The notes below the pieces were generated by a model. The model worked only from the letters and a program-made list of their open reading frames with translations. It made no database searches and was not told the origin of the DNA. From the sequence record SRR2962707_1486: a stretch of DNA of 44,991 bases; one strand, 5' to 3'. Within the stretch, counting starts at the first letter, position 1; each line of letters starts with the position of its first letter. This document shows positions 1-10,600 of the stretch, in pieces. The translations under genes were made by a program, and so were the position numbers.

Positions 1-58
1 GTAGAGCACATCATTCGTAATGATGGGGTCGCAGGTTCGAGTCCTGCAAGCGGCACCA
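1..58 (+). tRNA. tRNA-Thr(CGT), 5'-truncated by window edge
   Basis: D-loop remnant GTAGAGCA; anticodon stem CATCA/TGATG with loop TTCGTAA (anticodon CGT); T-arm GCAGG-TTCGAGT-CCTGC; encoded ACCA 3' end at 55-58. Confidence 0.95.
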
Positions 59-62
59 CTTC
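43..62 (+). repeat. Left att direct repeat (tRNA 3' end) CCTGCAAGCGGCACCACTTC
   Basis: Matches 36222-36241 at 18/20; the last 12 bp (CGGCACCACTTC) are identical. Confidence 0.75.
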
Positions 63-245
63 CCTTTTTCCTCTCGTCCCCAGCTTGCCCGAGATGTCCA
101 TGTCGTCCTCCTCCTCAATCAAACACCGCACAATATCAGCGGTCCGGGTCGAGGGGCAGTTCATCCCATTAGGTCCCTTCCATGGGCCAGTGAATCATAA
201 ATCAGCGACGTTGAGAATCCTGAACCAGGAAAGTCGAAACCCGCT

Positions 246-1967
246 TTAGAACAGCCGTGCGACGTGTTCCAGAACGAATTCCGGTTCGTGATAGTAGAGC
301 AACTGTCCGATATGGGGGTGCTCGTATAGCGTGGTCCGGTCGCCGTGCCGGCTGGCGAAGTCGCGCACCGATCCGATTTTGACGACCGGATCCTGACATC
401 CATGGAAGATATGAACGGGGTGGGGAGACCGATCGACCAGATGCGACCAGTCGCGTATGACATGATAGGAATCGATTTCAAAGGCGCGGTGGCCTTGCGC
501 CACAGCAAAGCGATAGCCTTCGCTTACCACTTCGAAAATCTCCGCATCATCGCAAGCCGCTCTGTCGGCACTGCCAGCGGGATAGAGCGCCTGCATGAAT
601 TGGCGCGCACCGCCGGCGTCGATCTGGCGGATTCCTGCGCGTAAAATAAAGGGAAGGGCGCTTGGCGCGTAACGCGCCGTATAGGCGATCATGCGCTGGC
701 GCGGCGACATCGCCTTGATCTGCTGTGAAGACACGATCGGCACTCCGGCGGCAACTGCGACGATGGCACGCGCCCTGTCGCCAACAAGTGGTGAAATCGC
801 GAAAGCTGACATTGAGCCAGCCATGTGGGCCAGCAGGATGAAGTCTTTCAAGTCGAGATGCTCGACCAGAGCCGCCGCATCATTGGCGAAAGCCTCTAGG
901 GCACCTGCGACCGGAACGGTGGAGCCTTCAGCCGAACCGTAAAATGGCCGTTCCGGCCCGATGATCCGCAGGTTGAGGCGGTGCAGAATGGCATCGATCC
1001 GGGAGGTGATTTGCACCCCGTCGAGCATGCCATGCAGGAACAGAATCGGCCGGCCTTCGCTGGGCCCGAATACCCGGTAGGGCATAGTCCGTCCCGACGG
1101 GAGTTCAAAAAAGCGTATATCGGAATGATCGCGCCGATTTTGCAGCTTGGCGGCTGGAAAATGTGCTGCCATGATCATGCAAAGCCGCACCAGTTCGTTC
1201 TGTGAATGGGTCTGGGTCTTGCGCAGGACCGCTTTCACCTGTGTCCGGACTGTCGCCAGCGTGCTGCCGCGAAGCTCGGCAATTTCCTTCATGTCAGTGC
1301 CCCGCATCAGCATTCCAGTAATGCCGGTTTCCGACTTGGTGAGCCCGAAAGCTCTTTGAAGCATGGTTTCGATGGAATCGTGCCAGGGCGCCTCAAGTTC
1401 TTCAAGGATCAGGTGCCGTTCGCCTTCCGGTGACGTCAATGTTGTCGCGGCCATGTGAACCGCCCGGCCACGCGCCTTGCTCTCGATGGCGATGACGAAC
1501 GGTTTTGGCATTTCAGCCGCTTCGGCAATCTGGGCTATTGCCTGAGACGCAAGCACCAGAGCGGAGTCGCCAAGCTTCAGGTCGCCGATTGTCATGTTTT
1601 TGGTCAGCATGAATTCCCGTACGGCGATGCCGTTGAACCAGACGATCAGGCCCTTCGCGTCGACCATGAATTTGGGCTTGCCATTGCCGGTTTTCACCGG
1701 TTTGTCAGTTCCTGCGTCCTCGCGACCGAGGGCCTCGAGTATCCGGAATGATGTTTTCAGATGGGGGATCGTCTGTGACAGCTCAATCAGATCGTGATTC
1801 TCGGCGACAAATCGGCGTCGATCGCCCAACGCATCCACCGCGTTTTCCAGCAGTTCCTGCCAGCGCAACATCAGATGATCGTAACTCTCCGGCGTGACTG
1901 TCGCGTTGTATATCGCTTCGAGCAATTGCGGGTCGGGTGTAATTTTGGCCGATTTAGCCTCAGTCAT
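246..1967 (-). CDS. LuxR-type HTH regulator fused to a C-terminal alpha/beta-hydrolase-fold domain (probably non-catalytic), with a PAS-like segment
   Basis: LuxR HTH FGLTKSE...MKEIAELRGSTLATVRTQVKAVLRKT..SQNELVR; hydrolase fold FGPSEGRPILFLHG, IIGPERPFYG, FHGCQDPVV; nucleophile elbow reads AHMAG. Confidence 0.88.
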   Translation of the reverse strand: MTEAKSAKITPDPQLLEAIYNATVTPESYDHLMLRWQELLENAVDALGDRRRFVAENHDLIELSQTIPHLKTSFRILEALGREDAGTDKPVKTGNGKPKFMVDAKGLIVWFNGIAVREFMLTKNMTIGDLKLGDSALVLASQAIAQIAEAAEMPKPFVIAIESKARGRAVHMAATTLTSPEGERHLILEELEAPWHDSIETMLQRAFGLTKSETGITGMLMRGTDMKEIAELRGSTLATVRTQVKAVLRKTQTHSQNELVRLCMIMAAHFPAAKLQNRRDHSDIRFFELPSGRTMPYRVFGPSEGRPILFLHGMLDGVQITSRIDAILHRLNLRIIGPERPFYGSAEGSTVPVAGALEAFANDAAALVEHLDLKDFILLAHMAGSMSAFAISPLVGDRARAIVAVAAGVPIVSSQQIKAMSPRQRMIAYTARYAPSALPFILRAGIRQIDAGGARQFMQALYPAGSADRAACDDAEIFEVVSEGYRFAVAQGHRAFEIDSYHVIRDWSHLVDRSPHPVHIFHGCQDPVVKIGSVRDFASRHGDRTTLYEHPHIGQLLYYHEPEFVLEHVARLF

Positions 1968-2222
1968 TCACGCTATCCCGTCTTTTGGTCCTGCGAATAG
2001 CGCATGCTCCGGCGCGTCAGCACGGTGTCATCATCCTGTCCGACGGAAAAAGAATAACCAAAAAAGCTTGCCCCCCGACGTTACCTAGTTCAGCATTTGT
2101 TATCCATTTACGCAAGCAATGGTCAAACAACTCAAAACGTTAACGGATTGATTCGCTCCATGCCCCGACAGCATCCTGACAAATTGACCGACAGTATATT
2201 GGAAACAGGTGAAATTCGGCGC

Positions 2223-3917
2223 GTGGTGCATTTGCTGATCGCACGGGTTTCGGCCTTGCTCGTTATTCTGGCCTTGTGTGGCACGACAGTTTCCCATGCT
2301 CAGCCGATCAAACTTGATCTGGACCTGGCCGATGAAACGAGTGTCGACCCACAAAACGACACCCAGGAAGTTCCTGCCGAGGAACTCCAGGAACTTGTCG
2401 ATGAGCTGCCGGCCAACAAGCCGGTTCCAACAGCCGGCAAAGATGCGCCGCGCGGGAAGCGGGTCGTTGTGGCGCGCAAGAAGGCGCCGCCACCGGTTCT
2501 CCATGTTCGCCGCGTCGTTACGTCACCGTCCTCCTATCTGACGGATGAGGACATTCAAGGGGCCAGGGCGACGCTTATGGGGCGTCGATTGGCGCCGGGT
2601 GAATTTGGCGAAATCGTCAACGCCTTCAACGCGCTTTATTCCAGGGAAAATATAGCGCTCGCACAGGCCGTGATCGAGGCTGTTGATTACCGTACCGGCA
2701 CTGTGGTGATCGACCTGATTGAGGCGCGGATCGACGAAGTGCTGCCCCAGGGCAAAATCGCTACCAACGACTATTACCGCTGGCGTATCGGTGTCCGCAG
2801 TGGCGATCTGGCAGATAACCGCATCATCGAGCGGAGAATCCGTCGGATCTCGGTGACTGACGGGGTTGCTGCCGACGCAAGCTTCGAGCCAGGCACGGCA
2901 CCTGGCACCACGAACCTCCTCGTCAACGTCATCGAGCCGGCGAAGTACAGCTTCGTCGGCACCGCTGACAGCTATGGCACCAAGGCCACTGGCGAAGCCC
3001 GCTTTTCAGCGTTCGCTCGCGATGCATCATTAACCGGCGTTCATGATCCCCTGGTCATTTCTGGCGTCTTTTCAGAAGGTTCGGCATCCGGGTCCATCAG
3101 CTATGCGCGAACGATAACGCCGGCCGGAACCCGTCTTTCCGGCAGCGCAACGGTCGAATATACCAGCACGATCAACGGCACCAATGTCATCAGCAACGCG
3201 CAGACTTATGAGTTCGGCGCCTCGCACGCATTTGTCGTCGAGCGCAATTTCCGGGTGCTCGGCCGAGTTTCCGGTTCCCGTTTTCACAAGGACAGTGACG
3301 TTGTAGGTGTGACGACGCAGGACCAGACGGGCTACTCATTCCTGGGAGGCCTGACCTTCGTTTACGAGCAGCCGGGTTTCGTGCTTTCCTATGACCAGAG
3401 CCTGCGTCACGCCATATGGGACGATGATATTCTGATCCGATCAGGCCTTGAGACGACATATCTGGCTGGTACACTGTCCTTGGCCAAACAGTTGCTTCCG
3501 CAGGTTACCGGCACAGTACGTGGCGGCTGGCAGGCCGCCTTTGGCGATGAGGCGCCCTCGCCATTTGCAACCACCATCGCATCTCCCGAGGTTGTGCGAG
3601 GCTATCCGACTGGGCTTTCCGGAGGCGACAGCTTTTACTGGGTGCGCTCACAGATCGAGTTCTCCCACGGCTTTGAAGGCTCGGTGCCGGTCGTTCTCTC
3701 GCCATATGCATTTTTCGATATTGGCCAGGCTTTTGATCTCGCCGGCGGTACGACCACCGCTCAGGATTTGCTGAGTTCTGCCGGCGCCGGCATTCGCCTT
3801 GGTCTGGGCTCCTGGGGCGAGGGTGAAATCTTCATTTCAAAGCCGCTTCTCGATGCCAATGGTTACTTGGCCGCAGACAATTTTCGGGTAGACGGGCGCT
3901 TTGCAATCCGCTTTTGA
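2223..3917 (+). CDS. ShlB/FhaC/HecB family TpsB outer-membrane transporter (POTRA domains + beta-barrel)
   Basis: Signal peptide (VHLLIARVSALLVILALCGTTVSHA|Q), POTRA-like segments, DSYG..TGE motif, loop-6 VRGY, FFDIG motif, C-terminal Phe. ORF is open from 2097; GTG at 2223/2226 behind AGGTGA is the likelier start. Confidence 0.92.
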   Translation: MVHLLIARVSALLVILALCGTTVSHAQPIKLDLDLADETSVDPQNDTQEVPAEELQELVDELPANKPVPTAGKDAPRGKRVVVARKKAPPPVLHVRRVVTSPSSYLTDEDIQGARATLMGRRLAPGEFGEIVNAFNALYSRENIALAQAVIEAVDYRTGTVVIDLIEARIDEVLPQGKIATNDYYRWRIGVRSGDLADNRIIERRIRRISVTDGVAADASFEPGTAPGTTNLLVNVIEPAKYSFVGTADSYGTKATGEARFSAFARDASLTGVHDPLVISGVFSEGSASGSISYARTITPAGTRLSGSATVEYTSTINGTNVISNAQTYEFGASHAFVVERNFRVLGRVSGSRFHKDSDVVGVTTQDQTGYSFLGGLTFVYEQPGFVLSYDQSLRHAIWDDDILIRSGLETTYLAGTLSLAKQLLPQVTGTVRGGWQAAFGDEAPSPFATTIASPEVVRGYPTGLSGGDSFYWVRSQIEFSHGFEGSVPVVLSPYAFFDIGQAFDLAGGTTTAQDLLSSAGAGIRLGLGSWGEGEIFISKPLLDANGYLAADNFRVDGRFAIRF

Positions 3918-3954
3918 TTGTACCCAGACCAAAAACACGAGGGGTAACAAGCAT

Positions 3955-4542
3955 ATGAAACATATTTCGATTTTCGCCGCCGCTGCTTTGGCGCTGACTT
4001 CTATCGCAGGCGTCGCCGTTGCGCAGGATCAGGAGGCGACAAACCAGCGTGTGGTCAATGGCGCGCGCTTCGGTTCCTGGACCGTTAATTGCGAAGCATT
4101 GGCGGTCAACGAGACAGTCTGCGTCCTCAATCAACGTCTGGTACGCACGTCTGATCGCGTCTTCCTGGCCGAACTGCTGGCCTTCAACAACAGTCGCGAA
4201 CCGGGCGCATATCTGGCCGCCCGCGTGCCGATTGGTGCCCATTTCCCATCTGGTTTCTCAATACGGCCCGGCGAAGGCGAAGAAGTCCTTGAACTGACAT
4301 GGCAGTCCTGTTCCGCCGAACTGTGTGAGGCATTGATCAGTCTGGACGAGGCAAGAATTGAAACTCTGACCGCCGCTGGCCAATCGGTAGCCGGATACAG
4401 GCCACGTTTTGGCGCCGACGCACTGGTTTTCCGCATTGATGTGACCGGGCTGAAAGACGGCCTTGCAGCGTTGTCGGCGTCTATGGACGGAACCTCGCGG
4501 GACGTGGACGCCGAGGACGCAACCACGTCCACGGACCAATAA
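3955..4542 (+). CDS. Invasion-associated locus B (IalB) family secreted protein, copy 1
   Basis: RBS GAGGGG then ATG at 3955; Sec signal MKHISIFAAAALALTSIAGVAVA|Q; motifs FGSWTVNC..VCVLNQ, VPIGAHFPSG, WQSCSAELC, IDVTGLKDGLAAL. Confidence 0.85.
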   Translation: MKHISIFAAAALALTSIAGVAVAQDQEATNQRVVNGARFGSWTVNCEALAVNETVCVLNQRLVRTSDRVFLAELLAFNNSREPGAYLAARVPIGAHFPSGFSIRPGEGEEVLELTWQSCSAELCEALISLDEARIETLTAAGQSVAGYRPRFGADALVFRIDVTGLKDGLAALSASMDGTSRDVDAEDATTSTDQ

Positions 4543-4653
4543 CCGCATACCTCATATGGTGTAGAAAGCGAATTTGGACGTTTTTTTCGGTCCAAAGAGA
4601 TGAAATGGCCACAACTTCCGCGGCCGGTGACTATGGCATCGGCGCGGCCCCGG

Positions 4654-4668
4654 TTAAACCTTTGTTAA
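4654..4668. promoter_or_regulatory. Full CtrA-type binding box TTAA-N7-TTAA upstream of tpsA
   Basis: TTAA ACCTTTG TTAA; the minus strand reads TTAA-N7-TTAAC, the complete CtrA consensus, in the ialB1-tpsA gap. Confidence 0.65.
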
Positions 4669-4671
4669 GTA

Positions 4672-7600
4672 TTGGTTTTGGGGAGTGGTTATCGCTTGCG
4701 ACAGGTTGGCTGGAAACTATACAGCCGGAAACTGAAATTCCGGACAAAACAGGCGCTTTGCAGCGTCTGTTGTTTGGCGATAATCCACCTTCCTGTCGCA
4801 GGCCACGCTCAGGTCGTCCCGGATGGTCGCACATCGACCAATGTCCTGACATCGGGCGGCGTCACGGATGTCCGCACTTCCACCGTGACCAGTGGTCACG
4901 GTGTCAACTCGTTCTCCAGTTTCAACACCTCCTCCGGCTCCACCACCAATCTCCATATACCCGGTGGCGCACAAGGCACCGTCAACATCATCAATGGCGG
5001 ACGCAGCCAGATCAATGGTGCGGTGCGCTCGGTGAAGTCCGGCGGGGCAGTTGGCGGCAATCTCTATTTTGCCAATCCGAAGGGCTTTGTCGTCGGCCCG
5101 AACGGATCGGTGCAGGCCGGTTCGGTCAGCATGACAACGCCGTCGCAACAATTTGTCGATGAGTTCGTCGGTGCGGGCGGCGCGGTCAACAGGTCCAGCG
5201 TCAACAAGCTTCTTCAGGGCACCGAGCCGCTGTCCGACGGCAACATTGAAATCAATGGTGCGGTCCGCGGCAACGACTCGGTTCGCCTGCGCGCCGGCGG
5301 CAATGTCATCGTCAATGGCGCAATCAGCGCTGGCGACCGCGCCGCCATCATGAACCAGGCGGTCAGCGGCAGCAGAGGCCGCGTTTCAATCGAAGCCGGC
5401 AAGTCTCTTCAGGTTGGTCGCGGAGCCCGAATTACGGCGACCAACGGCAGTTCGGGCGGAACCGTGAGGCTACGCGGCAACCAGATCCGGGTGCAGGCCG
5501 AGGCCATGGTGCTGGCTGAAGGCGAGGGTGCGGGCCACGGCGGTACCGTTGACGTCTTCGCCGCAGCGGCGGCCGTGCTCGACCGCAGCGCCACGGTTTC
5601 TGCAGCGGCACGCGGCACGGGTGACGGCGGCTTTGTCGAATTTTCTGCGGCAGACATTGTTCAGATCGACGGTGAACTGGCAGCCTGGTCGTCAGCCGGC
5701 AAGGCCGGAACGATTTTCATCGACCCGGCTGAATTGGTTTTCAATGGCACAGTTACCAATGGCGCCAATTTTACCGCCGAAGCGAGCGAACGCATTATTA
5801 TCGCATCAGACGCGATCATTTCGACGCGTATCGCCGATGATCCGGAAGACCTTGCTTCGCTGTCGCAGGGGGATTCCGGGGACATCCTGCTGACTGCGCC
5901 GAACATCATGATCGAGAAGAACGCCCAGCTTCTGGCGTTCGCGTCCGATCCTGACGATAAATTCGTTGGTGGTGACATTGTTCTGACGGCAAGCCGCATC
6001 GATAGCGAAGTTCATACGACTGAGGCACTGCCGGTCAGCCGCAGCGGGATCACCATCAGCGGCGCCTATCTGAAAGCCGCCAATATCCGTATGATTGCCG
6101 AGGTCGAAAAAGACAATCTCGTTGATACCGAGGGAACCGTCGACGCCTATATCGCTGGTCTCGGACTTGAAGATGCTGATTCCGAGATTGCCGATCTGCT
6201 GGTCAGTATGGCTCAGTCAGCCGCATCCAAGACCCAACAGTTCCTCGATTCCGTCAATTACGAAAACCTGCCGTCCTATCTCGACGCCGGATCCCGTATC
6301 GATGTGTCCGGCTCGACACTGGTTGCATCAGGCGACATCGACATTCAATCCATCGGCCGCACGGTGACCAATATCGGTCCCGATACCGGCGGCATGGCGG
6401 TTGTTATCGCGGTGAGCCGGATCAAGGCTGAAACCATCATTGACGACTCCCGGCTCTATGCGGGCGGCGACGTTTTGGTCGGATCGAAAACCGAAGTTGT
6501 CCAAACGCTGAAGGCCGAGGGTGCCCGTGGTGAAGATGCCGATGGCGCTGGCCTCAATATCGGCGTCGTGGCGTCGGTGCGGATGGCGCAGGCAACCACT
6601 GTCATCAACGGATCCGGCTATCAGGCTTTCCGCCCGCCAAACATGGCTGCTGCCGAACTGGGGGCTGAAGCAGTTTCTGCTGGCGGTGCCATCACCATCA
6701 AGTCGGAAAATGTCACGACGGTTGATGCGGGCGCCGAGGCTTTGCTTGCTGACACGGCGCGTGGCGGTGCGATTGCGATCTCCATCGACGATGTGGTGGC
6801 GACGACGGCAATCGGTGGCGAGCTTCTGAACACGACCGGCGATATCCTTGTTTCAGCGCTGAACAGCTACGAAACCATGCGTCTGGCTGCCCGGGTCACC
6901 GGCGGCACGCTGACAGACGCCGAAACACCGGCCGATGAAGCGGGTGAAGATCCACCCGGGACCACCGACAAGCTGGCCTCAGTCCTTAGTGTTGCTGCAT
7001 CGGAAGCCAAGGACGGCTCGGCACTTGCTGAAGGAAGTGGTGTGCCGCAGCCCGACGCAGGTGGAAACGCGCCAGCAGGTGGTAACGCCTATGCGCTGAC
7101 CTTCGCGCTTTCCAATCACAATGCGGAAGCAACGACCCTGGTCGGTGACCCGAATTACACCTTCAAGGCCATCCACGGCGGTCAGAGCAGTCTTGATGCG
7201 GCGGCTCTCACTGTCCGGCCAATCCAACCCGGCGGTTTTGGCACAGAACCGGATCCGGAGATTTCGGCGCTCGGCATTCGCATCGAGGCGGGCAATGCTC
7301 TCGGTGATGTCACACAAACCGCGATCACCGCTGCAGGGTCAGTGCCTGATGCCGCTGAAACGCCTGGCAACCTGACTGGCAAGACGGCAGCCGAATTGGA
7401 AGCCGACGGCGGCAAGGTCGCGCTTGTTTCAGTCAGCTTCGCTGACTGGGACCTGGAAGCAACAGCACGAACGGGCTCGCCTTCTGGAATTTATGCCGAA
7501 AGCATTATCAGCACACCGGGGCCGTTTTCGCTGAAAGCAGAAAACAGCTACCGCGATATTGAAGACAGAGACGAACTCGACACGCTTCAGGCTGAACGGA

Positions 7601-10600
7601 CTGCTGAGATCCTCGGTGAAGCCGAAGCTGATGCGGAGCCGACATCACTGGCCGCCTGGTCAGATGGCACGGGGCCTTTGTTCACAGATGCCGATGATGC
7701 GCCAATCGCGCTTTCTATTGCCCAGACTTATGGCACGGGCACTGAACTTGGCATCGGAATTTCGATTGCCCGGTTGACTGGCGATCACGAAGTCAATGCT
7801 GTCCTTGGTTCCGGCACGCTGCTCTATGATACTCGCAGTGAATTCGGTTTGGAAGAATCCGATCTTCAAACCGGCATCTTCGCTGTCGACGCCAATCTGG
7901 TGAGCGCTTGGGGCGCGTCAGCCGGTCAACCGGGTGAAGCGCCGGGTGCAACAACCGGCAACGCATTTGGGGCTTCGGTCTCGCTGGTCGATCTCAATGG
8001 CAACGCAACCGCCGCCGTGGAAGACGGCGTCATAATTGCCTCCCTTGATAAAGTCGGCGGCCTGAGAGTTCGCGCCAAGGATGATCGCCTCGTCTTTTCC
8101 GATGCACGCTCGCATGGTTCCGCAGAAAAAACTGCGTTCAATGGCGCGCTGTCAGTCATGCAGCGCGAAGACGTGGTTCGGGCACTCCTCAGTCATCGCA
8201 CCGACATCGTGCTTGAAGGCAATCTTGAACTTGCTGCAACAAATAGCGGCGACACGATTACCGTGGTTTCCGGCGGAGCTGATGGTGACAAATCTGTCGG
8301 CATCGGCGTGGCGCTGACATTTGCTGATCGACAAACAGAGGCGAGTATTCTCGGCAAGGACGACGCCATCGGAGAAGACACCTATGTCGAGGGACAGGCT
8401 GTGCTCGGCGGTATTCAGGTCGCGGCGGTTTCGGTTGGTAACGTCATTACTGGCGGCAAAGTATCAGCGGGTGGCGAAGAGACTGAAGCAGAACCCGACC
8501 CTGCTGCCGACCCGGCTGCGGGCGGTGACGAAGAAAAGGACAGCGAACAGGCCGATATCGATCCCGAAGCCCTTGGCGAAGACGCTGACAAGATCAAGGC
8601 CGCCATCGGCGGCGGCGAGCCCGACAAGGATGAAGCGGGCGGATTTACATTTGCCGGTGATTTCGCAGCAATATTCGGTGATGTCGAAACCAGCGCGACT
8701 GTTTCGGACCGGAGAAGTACCAGCTCACTCGACGCCGATGAAATTTATGTCGATGTCGAGGGTGGCTTGGATATCGTCTCTTTGACCAATATTGCCTACG
8801 GTCAATCAAGCGCCGTCACGGCCGCTGCAACCGGTGGCATTGGCATATCAGGCAGTTTCGGTCTGACCGGCATCGACCATCGGACCCAGACCGTGCTTGA
8901 CGACGCACGTTTCGAATATGGTGCGAATTTTGCCGAAGACGATATCGAAGCCCAGGATGCGACAATTGATGCGACGGATTCCAGCACCTTTGATCTGCTG
9001 GTCGATGGCCGCACCGGCCGTTCGGATGCCGGTTGGGCCTTTTCAATCGCGGCCTCGTTCACCCGTTTCAATTCCATCGCCCACACTGAATTGACCGAAA
9101 GCGGCATCCGCTTCGGTGACGGCTTCGGACCGCATGACGAGACGGGTGGTGACGAAGAGGGCGAAGGCGAAGGCGACGAAGAATACATAGATGACGGTTG
9201 CGGAGGTTGCGAGGGCGGCAGCTCATCCGGCACAATTTCGGACGATGGCCGCAAGATCAGCATCACGGCCAATGCGGTCCCAAGCATCAGGATCAGAGCT
9301 TCATCGGCGCGGACGCTTGAGGAAGATGATGCGCCCGATCCAGCTGCGCCACCGGCTGAGACCGGCAGCGAAGAGCCAACTGAAGCGGACACGGCTGATA
9401 CGCAGCAAATGGATGCTGTGGGCGACCTGGTGCGCGATTCTGCCGATCAGGCAAAAGAGGGCGCCAAGGACGACGAATCCTCAGATGACAAAGGCGGTGA
9501 TGACAAGCCGGGCCTGAAGGGACTGTCGATTACCATTGCTCCCTTGAAGCTGACGGCAGATTCGACGGTTTTGTTTGATAACAGCCATGTCGAGGTCGAT
9601 ACGGATCGCCAGGAAGATACGGCAGGTGAAGGCGGACATCTCAGGGTCGTGTCCACAGGTCGAACCAATGTCGATATTGACGCGACGTCTGATACGGTCG
9701 CCGCTGCAATTGCGATCACCGAGACCAACAGCAAGGTTGTCATTCGCTCGACAGATTTTGATGCCCATGAAAACGGCACGGTGATCATCAATTCGATCGC
9801 CGAAGAAAACCAGAAATTGCGCGCCACTGCTGGTGCGGAACGCGCCATCAAGGCGGCTGGTGTGCTGTCGCTGCGTACGATCGATAACCGGGTGCTGATC
9901 GATGCCGATTGGGAATCGGTTCCATCCTGGCTGAATGGTCAAACGCTTGCGACCAGCCGTTTCATCACCGGTGACAAGCTGGAGATAGTGGCAAAAACCG
10001 ACCATGATATTGATATCGAGGTGATCGCAGCTGACGGTACGCCGTCGGCGTTGGCGATTGCCGGTATTGTTTCGCTGTCTGACACCGTGACAGAAATTTC
10101 CGGCGGCCCGACGATCTTCCACGATGGCGACAGCCCGATCATCTTCAAGGCGGAGAATATCTACTCCAACTACAATGCGCGGGCGATCGCGTCGGCGGGC
10201 AGTTTTGTGCCTGGCGCTGATACCGCTCCGGTGGATGCGCCGGTAGAGACAGAAGACGAACGCCCCGGCGGCGACAATCCGAAAAAGACCGGCAAGGTCG
10301 CGACAGCACTGATGGACGTCTCCGATGATGTTGAAGGCGACGTTGCCGACGAAGCACCTGAAGTCCCTGAGACACCGGAAGAACCCGCAGGCGGTGATGC
10401 GCAAGCAACGGCAGGTAGCCGCGCCACGCGCAAGAATGCCTTTGCCATAGCCATCAATCTGGAGCGCCACGACGAGACGACTGTCGCGCGCTACAGCGGT
10501 CAGCGCTATCTGCCTGACGATCCAAAACAGCTCTCTGTCGGCGCCGGGGTAATCGGCGGCTGGGAAGCCGGCGCTCCCGACGTACAAATCAGCGCATTGA

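Noticed and set aside
59-245. Integrase gene expected next to the tRNA (ORFs 161-508, 202-399)
   Set aside because: No tyrosine or serine recombinase motifs; these ORFs overlap the regulator's 3' end.
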